Source of the DNA: an uncultured Nitrososphaerales archaeon
Lineage (GTDB): Archaea; Thermoproteota; Nitrososphaeria; Nitrososphaerales; Gagatemarchaeaceae
Reading direction: 5' to 3'
DNA: 64,000 nucleotides
Assembly: GCA_963706445.1 (NCBI GenBank)
Contig: OY970160.1
Span: forward strand, 448,001-512,000
The position numbers were made by a program, and so were the translations under genes. The notes under the pieces are model-generated. The model had not been told where the DNA came from, did no database searches, and saw only the letters and a program-made list of their open reading frames with translations. The stretch's first letter is position 1; each line of letters begins with the position of its first letter. Shown here piece by piece: positions 28,352-38,108 of the stretch.

Positions 28352-29350
28352 TTACTGGCGCCCTCTTGCCGGACCCAGTTCGCTCATCGCATACTTGACG
28401 TCCCCGATCGGCATCACGATCGGCAAGGTGACCCCTGCTTTTTCGTATTCCTGCAGGCGCTCGAGTGCATGCTCAGGGGTGCCAGTGATGGACAGGACCT
28501 CGATGGCCTCAGCTGGAATCAGATTCTTCGCTTCGGGGACATTCCCCTTCTTCCACGCCTCCTTCATGGGCGCTAGTTTCTCTTCGGTGACGCCGTAGGT
28601 GGCGAGGACTTCTGGCCGCACTACCTCAGCGAGCTGATAGGCGAAGAAGTAGTAGTCCCGGACGGCTGCGGCGGCCTTCTCCGGATCCGGGTCGAGGGAC
28701 GTTAGCATGTAAGAGGCCCTTACGACGCCACTCCCCCGCTTTGCCTCCCCCCGCTTGACGTTCTCCACCATCTTAGCTGTCCCCCAGGCCGTGTTCAGGG
28801 CTGGAGACAGTATCACGCCGTCGGCGACCGTAGCGGCGAACGACTGGGTCTTAGGCGACAGAGACGCCATGAAGATCGGGACAGGCCTTTCCACCTTGAA
28901 CCCCATCGTCAGGTTGTGGACCTTGAAGAACTCCCCGTCGAAATCGACCTTGTTTCCGCCCCAGACGAGCTTGACCACCTCAACATATTCCGTAATCCTC
29001 CTCAGCGGCCTGTTCTTCTCGACAGGGAAGATCTGATGTCCGATCAGAGGGATGGTGGGGAAGCTCCCCACCCCAAGACCCAGAGTGACCCTACCCCCGG
29101 AAAGCTCGGAAAGAGTGGCGAAGGTGGTCGCCGCGGTGACAGGGTGGCGGGTGTAGGTGTTGATTACGCCGGACCCAAGCATGAGCTTGCTCGTGCCCGC
29201 GGCCATGGCCGCAAGGTAAGTGACGACATCCCGCTGGAACAGGCTTTCGTGCATCCAGAGCGAATCGTAGCCCAGCTTCTCAGCGGTCGAGGCAATCGAA
29301 GCAGCGTCCCGGATTCCAAGGACCGGGTTGAACCCGACCGCCAGCTTCAT
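28352..29350 (-). CDS. LLM-class (luciferase-like, probably F420-dependent) oxidoreductase
   Basis: AE.LGYDS.W, LG.GVIN..TRHP, ATL.ELSGGR..LGLG and ADGV. Confidence 0.87.
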   Translation of the reverse strand: MKLAVGFNPVLGIRDAASIASTAEKLGYDSLWMHESLFQRDVVTYLAAMAAGTSKLMLGSGVINTYTRHPVTAATTFATLSELSGGRVTLGLGVGSFPTIPLIGHQIFPVEKNRPLRRITEYVEVVKLVWGGNKVDFDGEFFKVHNLTMGFKVERPVPIFMASLSPKTQSFAATVADGVILSPALNTAWGTAKMVENVKRGEAKRGSGVVRASYMLTSLDPDPEKAAAAVRDYYFFAYQLAEVVRPEVLATYGVTEEKLAPMKEAWKKGNVPEAKNLIPAEAIEVLSITGTPEHALERLQEYEKAGVTLPIVMPIGDVKYAMSELGPARGRQ

Positions 29351-29375
29351 GTTTCCAGCTCCGGGCGGATTCGCT

Positions 29376-30758
29376 TCAAGGCTTAGAGTCCCTCTTGACC
29401 CGAAGGAGAGAAACCACTTCTCCCATGTCCTTCTCCTGGTCCAGATTCCACAGGCGTTTCAACGCCAGGGTCGCCTGTGACTTTGCCAAATAACCGCGGG
29501 TCAGCCCCGTGAACTTCGCCTCGATCTCTTCCCTGGACATCGAGTTCCTGGAGTGCCCCTTGGGGACGTCCACCTGGGAGCTTACCTTCCTTCCGCCAGA
29601 CTCCACCAAGGTCACCCGGTTCGGCATCCCCCGAGCGGGGTACATGGACGTCAACCTGGGGTCTTCCGAGACCCTGATCTTCGCGATGAACTTTAGATTG
29701 GCCCGGTCCCTGAGGTTTTCTTCGGAGTACGTGGAGTTGTCCACATTCCCTCTGAGCAGGGCCATCCCTACAATATAGGGGAGGCTGTGGTCCGCCGTCT
29801 CCTTGGTCCTGGGGGTCCACTTCTCTTTGTCCTTGCCCAGTATCGTGTAGCCCGCCTCATGGGTCTGTACCACAACTGAATCTATCTTCTTGAAATCAGA
29901 CACCTTCTTCCTGACATTGAGCGCGGCCCAGATGGCCGTCTGGGCGTGATATTCGGCCGGCCAGTACTTCACGTAGGTGTCGTTGACACGATAGCTCCCC
30001 CCTCTCCCCCCGAAACCTCCGAAGTCAAGCTCGAACTGGCCGGAGACCTGCTTGAAGAAGCCCATCTCACCTTCAAAGATGGGTGCAGGCCCGGTCATCC
30101 CCTCCCTGGCCAGCAGGGCCGCGAACACGCCGTTCCTCGCGGCGTTCGAGAAGGACGCCCCTTTCCACATCGACAGCTCACCCGCCCTCACCTGCCGCAT
30201 GGCGATGTGTGCGTTGAGCGCGATGTTGAGCGAGTGTTTCGCCCTTTCCCGATCGAGTCCCATCAGCTTGGCCGCAGCCAAAGAGGATGATACCAACCCA
30301 TAGTTCACGTGGTCCCAGCCCCGGTGTCTGATGTCTGCGGCGTCGCAGAGTCTGCACTGGACCTCGTAGGCAGAAACCGCCGCCGCGATGACCTCCTTCC
30401 CTGTGGACTCTTCTGCCTCGGCGACCGCGAGGCAGGGCGCCAGGTTATCGCTGGGGTGGGCCGGCTCCTTGGACAGATAGGTGTCGTTGTAGTCGAAGTA
30501 TCTTACCATCAGGCCGTTGACGAACGTCGCCATGTCGGGGGTGGCCCCTGAGTTTGTCCCCATGATCGTCGAGGGCCCTCTACCACTAGCGGCTGCCACG
30601 ACCTTCCTCGCGATCGCCACGGGCTTCTCGCCGTAGGCGCCGATGGCGCACCCAAGGGCGTCGATGACGTGCGCCTTCATCTCCTTGACCGTCCGCGAAT
30701 CGAGCCGTTGGTACTTTGTCGAGAGGACGTACTCCGCCAGGCGCTCCGCTAACTCCAC
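29376..30758 (-). CDS. prpD: MmgE/PrpD family, 2-methylcitrate dehydratase-like
   Basis: RYFDYNDTY..EP.HPSDN, WDHV, R.GELS.WKG, K.WPAEYH.Q and ETADHSLPY. Confidence 0.88.
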   Translation of the reverse strand: MELAERLAEYVLSTKYQRLDSRTVKEMKAHVIDALGCAIGAYGEKPVAIARKVVAAASGRGPSTIMGTNSGATPDMATFVNGLMVRYFDYNDTYLSKEPAHPSDNLAPCLAVAEAEESTGKEVIAAAVSAYEVQCRLCDAADIRHRGWDHVNYGLVSSSLAAAKLMGLDRERAKHSLNIALNAHIAMRQVRAGELSMWKGASFSNAARNGVFAALLAREGMTGPAPIFEGEMGFFKQVSGQFELDFGGFGGRGGSYRVNDTYVKYWPAEYHAQTAIWAALNVRKKVSDFKKIDSVVVQTHEAGYTILGKDKEKWTPRTKETADHSLPYIVGMALLRGNVDNSTYSEENLRDRANLKFIAKIRVSEDPRLTSMYPARGMPNRVTLVESGGRKVSSQVDVPKGHSRNSMSREEIEAKFTGLTRGYLAKSQATLALKRLWNLDQEKDMGEVVSLLRVKRDSKP

Positions 30759-30853
30759 GTTGACGCCGCCCCGCCCCTACACTTTTAGGAATTCTCATTC
30801 TCTCACGGGAATCATTAAATCACGCCCCCGGTCGGCGCGGAAACGTCTCTCCC

Positions 30854-32023
30854 TTGGCCATCTACAGCGCCGAGCACAGGCAGCTGATGGAGATGTTCAA
30901 CCCTGACCGCCACCAGGAGTTCTCAGAGATTCTCTCCTCGCTCGGGGAGTTCATGGAAAAGAAGATACTTCCAATATCCCCAAAGCTGGACACCGGAGAG
31001 GCGAAGATCTCTGTCCCTCGGAAGGCGCTCTTCGACCAGGGGATGTGCAGGATTCCCTTCCCCGAGGAGTACGGCGGTCTGGGGCTGCCTTTCTCAGTCT
31101 ATGCGAACGCCGTCGAGCTGCTTGGCACCGCAGACGCCTCGGTGGCACTCAGCATCGAGATCCACAACGCCGTCGCCGAAGGGCTGAGCCGATTCGGAAG
31201 CGAGGCCCAGAAGAAGAGGTTCATCCCCGCCCTCTTGTCTGGGAAGTCCCTAGCATCGTTCACACTGACCGAGCCGGCCTCTGGCTCAGACGCCGGGACC
31301 ATGGCGACCACCGCCGTGGAGAAGGGGGACGGGTATTCGATCAGCGGTTCGAAGATGTTCATCACCAACGCCGGAGAGGCCGACGTCTACATGGTCTTCG
31401 CGAAGACGAAGAAAGGTCCTTCTTGTTTTATGGTCGAAGGGGACGCCGTTGGGATGTCATTCGGGGGCGACCTGAAGAAGCTGGGGATGAGAGGGTCGAA
31501 GACCTCCGAGGTCATATTCACCGACTGCCGGGTCCGGAAGGAGAATCTCGTCGGGGAGGAAGGCAAGGGGGCCGACTACGCGAAGGAAATCCTGCACGGC
31601 GCGAGAATCATAGTCGCCGCCCTGAACGTGGGGATTGCACAGCTCGCCTACCAGAAGTCAGTCACCTACGCAAAGCAGAGGAAGGCCTTCGGAAAATCGA
31701 TATCCGAATTCCAACTTATCCGCGAGAAGATAGCCGATATGAAGACTGAGATCAGTGCCGGCCGCCTTCTCTACCTCTACGCCTCGAAGATCAAGGAATC
31801 CGGAGGGGACTGCTCATCGGAGGCTTCTCAGGCCAAGGTCTTCGCCACTGAAATGTCACTCCGGGTGTGCGATTCTGCCATCCAGATCCATGGCGGCTAC
31901 GGATACACCACGGACGAGGTGCACAGGCACTGGCGTGACGCCCGTCTTCTGACCATAGGAGAGGGGACGTCGGAAGTCCTCCGGATGCTGATAGCCCGAA
32001 GGGAGCTCGCGAGGTCACAATGA
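30854..32023 (+). CDS. Acyl-CoA dehydrogenase
   Basis: LTEP.SGSD, G.KMFITN, R.AFG, QIHGGYG and IGEGTSE. Confidence 0.94.
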   Translation: MAIYSAEHRQLMEMFNPDRHQEFSEILSSLGEFMEKKILPISPKLDTGEAKISVPRKALFDQGMCRIPFPEEYGGLGLPFSVYANAVELLGTADASVALSIEIHNAVAEGLSRFGSEAQKKRFIPALLSGKSLASFTLTEPASGSDAGTMATTAVEKGDGYSISGSKMFITNAGEADVYMVFAKTKKGPSCFMVEGDAVGMSFGGDLKKLGMRGSKTSEVIFTDCRVRKENLVGEEGKGADYAKEILHGARIIVAALNVGIAQLAYQKSVTYAKQRKAFGKSISEFQLIREKIADMKTEISAGRLLYLYASKIKESGGDCSSEASQAKVFATEMSLRVCDSAIQIHGGYGYTTDEVHRHWRDARLLTIGEGTSEVLRMLIARRELARSQ

Positions 32024-32787
32024 AGATAGCCGTCTGCGTGAAGAACGCCATAGACGAGACCGAGCTCAAGCTCGACCCGTCGGGGAGACCTCAGACCACC
32101 GGGGCGCCCACCAAGATGAGCACCTTCGACAAGAACGCCGTCGAGGAGGCTCTTCGGCTCAAGGCCAAGCTCACTGGGGAGGTCACCGTGTTCACTGTCG
32201 GCGGGGTGGAATCCAAGAAGACGATGAAGGAAGCCCTCGCGATGGGCGCCGACAGGGGGGTACTGGTCAACTCCGACACCCTCGCCATCGACACCCTGAG
32301 GACGGCGGAGCTGCTCGCATCAGCTATAACGAAGGGGGGGCCCTACGACGTCGTCCTTTGCTCAGAGGGATCCTCGGACACATACAGCGGCCAGGTCCCT
32401 CCGATGCTGGGGGAACTGCTCGGGTTGCCCTTCGTCGGGTACGCCCGGAAGGTCGAAGTTAACGCCCAGACCGCGAAAGTCGAGCGCTCATTGGAGGACA
32501 GCATCGAGGTCGTCGAGGCGCCTCTGCCCTTCGTTGCCTCGGTCATCAGCGAAATCAACGAGCCGAGGTACCCGACTCTGATTCAGATAATGCAGGCTTC
32601 GAAGAAGCCCATCGAGGAACTCAGCGGCGACCAGCTCTCGCCTCCATCACCGAAGGGGCACGCCTCCGTCGTCTCGATGTACGCTCAGCCGTCGAGCAGG
32701 AAGCACGTAATGATCGAAGGGACCCCAGATGAGGCCGCGGCCAAGCTGGTGGACGCTCTGATGAAAGAAGGGGTGATTTCGAAGTGA
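32020..32787 (+). CDS. etfB: Electron transfer flavoprotein beta subunit
   Basis: MKIAVCVK, D.NAVEEA, ALAMGAD, SD..GQV and NEPRYP; ATGA overlap with the acyl-CoA dehydrogenase. Confidence 0.94.
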   Translation: MKIAVCVKNAIDETELKLDPSGRPQTTGAPTKMSTFDKNAVEEALRLKAKLTGEVTVFTVGGVESKKTMKEALAMGADRGVLVNSDTLAIDTLRTAELLASAITKGGPYDVVLCSEGSSDTYSGQVPPMLGELLGLPFVGYARKVEVNAQTAKVERSLEDSIEVVEAPLPFVASVISEINEPRYPTLIQIMQASKKPIEELSGDQLSPPSPKGHASVVSMYAQPSSRKHVMIEGTPDEAAAKLVDALMKEGVISK

Positions 32788-33713
32788 GCGGGGAAGTCTG
32801 GGCATACTCCGAGAACGACGGTGTGGCGAGCGAGGTCGCGTCTGCTGCCATGGAAGCCTCCAAGAACACACCCGCCGGCGTTTTCGTGATAGAAATCGGA
32901 GCCGTCCGTCAGGGGGTCTCCGCTCCTGGCTCCCGGCTGCTGCTAAAGGGCCCGTCGCCCGAGTCTCCCCCGGAGGTTGTGGCCGAGGCACTCTTCAGGG
33001 CATGGAAGGAGAGGCAGCCAATCGCGATCCTGATCGGTGCTACAAGGAGTGGAAGGGAGACGGCGTCACGCCTCTCGGCCAAGCTGAAGTCCGGCTGCCT
33101 TTCAGAAGTCGTGAAGCTTTCAGCAGACGGTTCTAGCCTGTCAGGGGAAAGAAACGCCTACGCGGGCAAGGTCGTAGCAAAGGTCAGCTGCGGATTCCCC
33201 GCGGTCGCGACTGTCAAGGGAGGCTACTATCCCCGGGCTTCGTCAGCGCAAGGGAGTACCTCAGAGATCAACGTGGGGGAAATCCCGCAAAAGTCGAAGC
33301 TTGTCAGCCGTGATAAGAAGGCCGCCGGCGCCGTCGACCTAAAGTCCGCCAAGGTCATCGTCTCGGCAGGGAGGGGGGTCAAGAAGAAGGAGGACCTTGC
33401 GATGATCGAGGACCTGGCCAAGGACATGCACGGCGCCCTCGGGTGTTCGAGGCCACTCTCGTCAGACCTGGGTTGGCTCCCCGAGGAGCACCACATAGGC
33501 CTCACCGGCATCACCGTCAAGCCCGACCTGTACCTCGCAGTGGGAATCTCAGGCCAGCTCCAGCACGTGGCCGGCATGAAGGACTCCAAGATCGTGGTGG
33601 CGATAAACACTGACAAGGACGCCCCGATGTTCCAGGCCTCAGACTACGGGATCGTGGGGGACCTGTACCAGCTGGTCCCAGCCATCCGCAAGGCGCTGGG
33701 GAACCGCGGCTGA
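32784..33713 (+). CDS. etfA: Electron transfer flavoprotein alpha subunit
   Basis: GRG, GCSRP, G.TV.P.LY.AVGISG..QH.AG and INTD.DAP.F. Confidence 0.94.
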   Translation: MSGEVWAYSENDGVASEVASAAMEASKNTPAGVFVIEIGAVRQGVSAPGSRLLLKGPSPESPPEVVAEALFRAWKERQPIAILIGATRSGRETASRLSAKLKSGCLSEVVKLSADGSSLSGERNAYAGKVVAKVSCGFPAVATVKGGYYPRASSAQGSTSEINVGEIPQKSKLVSRDKKAAGAVDLKSAKVIVSAGRGVKKKEDLAMIEDLAKDMHGALGCSRPLSSDLGWLPEEHHIGLTGITVKPDLYLAVGISGQLQHVAGMKDSKIVVAINTDKDAPMFQASDYGIVGDLYQLVPAIRKALGNRG

Positions 33714-33766
33714 CAACGAGATATTCGGGGACACCCTTTAAGCAGTCGTGGGGCCGCCCGTGAAAC

Positions 33767-35590
33767 ATGGCGGGGCCTGACCTGGGCTACGCAGCCGTCT
33801 ACTCGCTCACCCTGCTCAGCGTAGCGGCGGTTTCCTACTTCCTTATCTCACATTCGAGAAGGACCAAGACGGGAATCGGGCCCCACAGGCTCATCGGGCT
33901 TGCGAAAGATGAGGCAGGAAGGCTGTCGAGCGGCGACCCGGTCTTCCTGATGCACCTCTCAATCGCCCTGGGGGTCGGGCTCTCGATAACGAACTCCATC
34001 CTGGACCCCGTGATGGTCTACGTCCCCTGGCTCAAGATCCTGTTCCTTGCGGCATCCGTCCCGCTCGTCGCGGGCCTAGTGGCCGCATTCGTCTGGAGGC
34101 TCCAGCGGTACGTCCAGAGCAAGCGGGTGGAGAAGGAGCTCAAGACAGATGCCGGGTTCACGTCTGCGTCTAGTGTGCTCCAGCTGATACTTGTCCTTGC
34201 CATCGGTCTGACGACCACAGAGCTCGTGCTCATGTGGCTCCCGTCTCTGGTCCTTGTGGGCGGGCTTGTCGGGGTCTTCAGGAACCTGCTCGTCGCTCTA
34301 TACTACACGCGGCCCAGCGTCAACCTCATCGGGTACTTCGACAAGCCTCTTTCCCAAATCAAGACCCCGTTCAAGCTGGCGGACGTCATGTCAGGGAAGG
34401 TCGACGCATCTGAGATCAGTGTCGGCGTCGGCAAGGTCTCAGAGTTTGACTCGGCCCAGAAACTATCCTTCGATTCCTGCGTCGAGATCGGCGCCTGCGA
34501 AGCCGCCTGCCCTGCGACTGCCGCGGGCCGCCCCCTGTCTCCGAGGGTCCTTGTGAGGAAGGTGAGCATCCTGGCCGGAGGGGGCCAGAGCACCGATCCT
34601 GACCCCCTATCGACCGTGGGCGAGGAAGAGCTCTGGTCCTGCACATCCTGCGGCGCCTGCATGAGCAGCTGCCCCGTTAGCGTCAAGCACCTCGACGTAA
34701 TCTACGACCTGCGGAGGAATCTGGTTGCGAAGGGGAAGCTTGACAAGGAGAAATCTGGGATGCTTGAGAACCTCTCACAGACCCAGAACCCCTACGGGTT
34801 CAAGAACTCCTCGCGCGCAGACTGGGCCCGTGACCTCGGGGTCGCGACCATGGCGTCCAAGCCTGGGGCGGAGTACCTTTACTGGGTGGGGTGCGTCACC
34901 TCGTTCGACCAGAGGGCTCAAAGGATTGCGAGGGCGCTTACGAAGATACTTGACAGGGCAGGCGTGTCGTTCGCAATCCTAGGTAGCGAGGAACTCTGCG
35001 TCGGGGACCCTGCTCGCAGGGTCGGGGAAGAGGGAAGGTACCAGGAGCTCGCCTATCAGAACATAGAGAAGCTGAACTCCTACGGGGTCAAGAAGATAAT
35101 TGCCACCTGCCCCCACTGTTTCAACGCCCTCAAAAACGAGTACCCGGAGTTCGGAGGGAACTTCGAGGTCGTCTATCACACCCAACTGATTTCAGACCTT
35201 ATCAGGGAGGGTAAGGTGAAGGTCCCACCCGACAGGGTGCAGAAGATCTCCGTGACCCTGCACGACGCCTGCTACGCATCCCGATACAACAACGTCTTCG
35301 ATGAGCCCAGGGAGATACTGGGCTCAACCGTCACCGACCTCAGGGAGATGAAGAGGAATAAGGAAAAGACATTCTGCTGCGGCGCCGGGGGTTCGAACTA
35401 CTGGTACAAGGTCGAACAGCAGCGTTCAATCGCAGGAATCAGAACCGAGGAGGCCATGGAGACCGGGGCCAAAGCCATTGCGACCGAGTGCCCCTTCTGC
35501 CTTTCGATGCTCGACGACACCACAAAGGTGATGAACTCAGGGATGGACGTTAGAGACGTTGCTGAGATTGTCGCCGAATGCCTCCAATGA
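33767..35590 (+). CDS. Membrane Fe-S oxidoreductase of the FadF/HdrD-like (ETF:quinone oxidoreductase-type) family
   Basis: N-terminal TMs, ferredoxin motifs CVEIGACEAACP and CTSCGACMSSCP, and two CCG domains (CPHC, HDACY, CCGAGG, CPFC). Confidence 0.87.
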   Translation: MAGPDLGYAAVYSLTLLSVAAVSYFLISHSRRTKTGIGPHRLIGLAKDEAGRLSSGDPVFLMHLSIALGVGLSITNSILDPVMVYVPWLKILFLAASVPLVAGLVAAFVWRLQRYVQSKRVEKELKTDAGFTSASSVLQLILVLAIGLTTTELVLMWLPSLVLVGGLVGVFRNLLVALYYTRPSVNLIGYFDKPLSQIKTPFKLADVMSGKVDASEISVGVGKVSEFDSAQKLSFDSCVEIGACEAACPATAAGRPLSPRVLVRKVSILAGGGQSTDPDPLSTVGEEELWSCTSCGACMSSCPVSVKHLDVIYDLRRNLVAKGKLDKEKSGMLENLSQTQNPYGFKNSSRADWARDLGVATMASKPGAEYLYWVGCVTSFDQRAQRIARALTKILDRAGVSFAILGSEELCVGDPARRVGEEGRYQELAYQNIEKLNSYGVKKIIATCPHCFNALKNEYPEFGGNFEVVYHTQLISDLIREGKVKVPPDRVQKISVTLHDACYASRYNNVFDEPREILGSTVTDLREMKRNKEKTFCCGAGGSNYWYKVEQQRSIAGIRTEEAMETGAKAIATECPFCLSMLDDTTKVMNSGMDVRDVAEIVAECLQ

Positions 35591-35604
35591 GCTGATTCAG
35601 TCAT

Positions 35605-37410
35605 TCAGACTGTCCCTGCAGCCCGCCGGATCACCTTCCCTCCGCCGGCTGGAAGGGACCTTAGCACCTCGTCCAAGGACAGGGGATTCGCCACAGGGCC
35701 TCCTGTTGAAAGCTCCTTGAGCACCTGTTTCGCCGTGTCCGAGCTCTTCTCCTTGTGAGGGCGGAGGACGACATACCGCGCAGACCTAGTGCGGATCGCC
35801 TCTTCGGGTCCGGCGAGCACCCTCCCCGCGGTGTCCACCCCGACGGCGACCTCCACCATGTTCTTGGCCACGAAGTTCTTCTTCCCCCTTATGGCGAAGC
35901 TCCCGCGTGCAAGGTACTCCCCGCTGGGGGCCGCCGGGCTCACCTGGTCTGATACAATCCAGTAGGCATCCGCCGACCCGAGCCCCGTCTTCCAAGCGCT
36001 ACTGAACGCGACAGTAGCCTGGGAGACCTGCCGGATTTCTTCTTCGGTCTGCTCTTCCCCCCCTTTCAGGACGAAGAAGGGAGAACCAAAAAGGTCCGCG
36101 TGATAGACCGTGTCGTAAGGCTCGAGATGTCTTGAGATTAGCGTCGAATTTGACTGAGCGTCTCTGCCGCCGATTGCTAATTTCCCATTGGTGGTCTGGA
36201 ACCATCTGAACTTCTCATACCACTCTGCCTTCCTGCGGGGGAGCAGCTTCCCGCGGGATGCGGCCGCTTTCCTGACCCTGGGCATCCTCTTCTCGAGGTC
36301 TTTCGCCGATTCGAGGGCTTCTTCCGATTTCGCCTCGAGGGCCTTGGCGTGGTCGAAAAGTGCCGAAGCGACCGCCGCCGCCGAAGTCGGCTCTCTCGCC
36401 GTGCGGATCCCGGATTCATCCAAGAGTTTCAGGCCCTCTGACAGGGGAGCGGACCTCACCTTCGCAGCGGCCTCTCTCGCCTTGGCCGCCTCGGCAAGAT
36501 TCGCCTCTGAGTCGGCGCGGAGCCTGGAAACGGTCACTTCAAGCTCCTTCCTCTTCGCCTCCTCCGGGGTCTGGGGCTCGGGGGATGACAGTGCGTCGGA
36601 CAATAGCAGCTTGTCGCACAGCTCAGAGACCGACCCTGCGGTCTCCTTGACCTTCGATACCCTCGGTTGGATCACGAAGAGTTCGTCCCCCTGGGGGGTC
36701 TCCACGATGCACGGCCTGGGGTCTTCTCTAGCTTCTTTGACCATCTCCTGCATTGTGCGGACCACATCCCCTTCCCTTCCCGACAGGCTTTGAGAAGGGG
36801 AGCCATCGGCCACCCCGAGCCTCGCAAGGCATTCGGCCACGTACTTCCTTGGCAGGGCCACATGCTTGCCGATCGCCTTCCCAATGGAGTCCTCTTGGCC
36901 GAGCATCTCTCTCACGGCGTTCTCATCGATGTCCGCCGGGCTCAGGCGCGACTGTTTCGGAGGAGGATAGTTGGACCCCTTGACGACGTACCTTGCCTGC
37001 GACCGCACTTCGTTCTGGGCGAGGATTATTCTGCGTCCCTCGTCGGTGACGATGACGTTGCCAGGGGGCATCATCTCCACCACCAGCGACTTTCGCTCTC
37101 TAGCCTCGAATTCGAGGACGAATACCCTGTCCAGGTCGACCTGGGTCGATTCCACGAACTTCGCTCTTTCCAGCTCACCACGGAGCCTGGAGGTGAATTC
37201 GCCCGTCTCCGCGCGCTCTTTGACTTCACGCGAGACCCAGACCCCCTTCCTGGGTGAAACGACCAGCCAGCGGTCCTCCTCGTCCGGCCTTCTAAGTCGG
37301 AAGAGCTGGGAAGGTCCGGCCGTGTAAATATTATTAACATAGGCTCCGCGCAGCGCCGAATTGATCTCCTTGAGCAAGGCCAAGACCTCGAAACCCGAAA
37401 GCTCAGCCAT
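35605..37410 (-). CDS. NEMF/Rqc2 (RqcH) family ribosome quality-control protein
   Basis: DRV..E, EM...GN, WYEKFRWF, GGRDA..N, HAD..GSP and P.GEYL..GSF.IRG. Confidence 0.9.
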   Translation of the reverse strand: MAELSGFEVLALLKEINSALRGAYVNNIYTAGPSQLFRLRRPDEEDRWLVVSPRKGVWVSREVKERAETGEFTSRLRGELERAKFVESTQVDLDRVFVLEFEARERKSLVVEMMPPGNVIVTDEGRRIILAQNEVRSQARYVVKGSNYPPPKQSRLSPADIDENAVREMLGQEDSIGKAIGKHVALPRKYVAECLARLGVADGSPSQSLSGREGDVVRTMQEMVKEAREDPRPCIVETPQGDELFVIQPRVSKVKETAGSVSELCDKLLLSDALSSPEPQTPEEAKRKELEVTVSRLRADSEANLAEAAKAREAAAKVRSAPLSEGLKLLDESGIRTAREPTSAAAVASALFDHAKALEAKSEEALESAKDLEKRMPRVRKAAASRGKLLPRRKAEWYEKFRWFQTTNGKLAIGGRDAQSNSTLISRHLEPYDTVYHADLFGSPFFVLKGGEEQTEEEIRQVSQATVAFSSAWKTGLGSADAYWIVSDQVSPAAPSGEYLARGSFAIRGKKNFVAKNMVEVAVGVDTAGRVLAGPEEAIRTRSARYVVLRPHKEKSSDTAKQVLKELSTGGPVANPLSLDEVLRSLPAGGGKVIRRAAGTV

Positions 37411-37705
37411 ACAGCCTCAGCCTCTGCCCTCGTTTGATAAGCTATACTGGTCCAGACTTGGGCTTGCGGCCGTCGCCGGCTTCCTCGCAGAGGTCATCGT
37501 CGGGACAGACTACGCCAGCGGCATCAGCATCGGCATCCTGTTCTACCTGATATCCTACTACGCGGCCCGCTTCACCCTGTACAAGGGGCTCGGAAGAAAA
37601 GGGCAGGGAAAAATCTACACCACTGGCATAGGAGGGTTCCTTATGGTGTTCCTGTTCACTTGGATACTGTTCTTCACTCTGCAGACTGCGGGCTACTTGC
37701 CGTGA
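37361..37705 (+). CDS. Small 3-TM protein, EMC6/Rab5ip(OPTI)-like
   Basis: D.LYW.R...A..AG N-terminal motif and G...F..FLFTWILFFT C-terminal motif; start TTG 37361 or CTG 37424. Confidence 0.65.
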   Translation: MISLSKAKTSKPESSAIQPQPLPSFDKLYWSRLGLAAVAGFLAEVIVGTDYASGISIGILFYLISYYAARFTLYKGLGRKGQGKIYTTGIGGFLMVFLFTWILFFTLQTAGYLP

Positions 37706-38009
37706 GCCTAGAGTAGTTCAGCAGAGTCTCGGCATAACCCACGTCAAAATCGTCGGCCATCTCGCTCGCCGTGATGGACTTCGCGGCCCTCTCGATCCTT
37801 CCACTGTCCCAGGTCCGCATCGTCCCTTCCTTCGCCTTTGACATGCTAGAATAGATGCCTGCGGCGGCGAGGAGTCCCCCTCTCTCTTTTTCCGACTTCA
37901 CTTCCGGAGTAAGCGTCTGAATCTTCCTCTTTGCGTCCTCTAGGTCGTTGTTCTTCAGCGAATAAAGAATAGAAGCGATGTTCTCCTGCACGACCTTACT
38001 CGTTAGCAC
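37674..38009 (-). CDS. Hypothetical helical protein
   Basis: ORF with typical codon bias; start taken as GTG 38009 downstream of AT-rich 38021-38040. Confidence 0.65.
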   Translation of the reverse strand: MLTSKVVQENIASILYSLKNNDLEDAKRKIQTLTPEVKSEKERGGLLAAAGIYSSMSKAKEGTMRTWDSGRIERAAKSITASEMADDFDVGYAETLLNYSRLTASSPQSAE

Positions 38010-38047
38010 ATCGACTACACGATATTTAACCTTCCTTAAGCTCGCGG

Positions 38048-38060
38048 CGCAAAAAAATTT
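38048..38060 (-). terminator. Candidate oligo-T terminator downstream of the RadA paralog
   Basis: A7 run at 38051-38057 (T7 on the minus strand), ~90 nt after the stop codon. Confidence 0.4.
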
Positions 38061-38108
38061 GCACAATTGGTCACATTCGATGCGAGCGGCGCCTTACAAT
38101 GCAGAATT

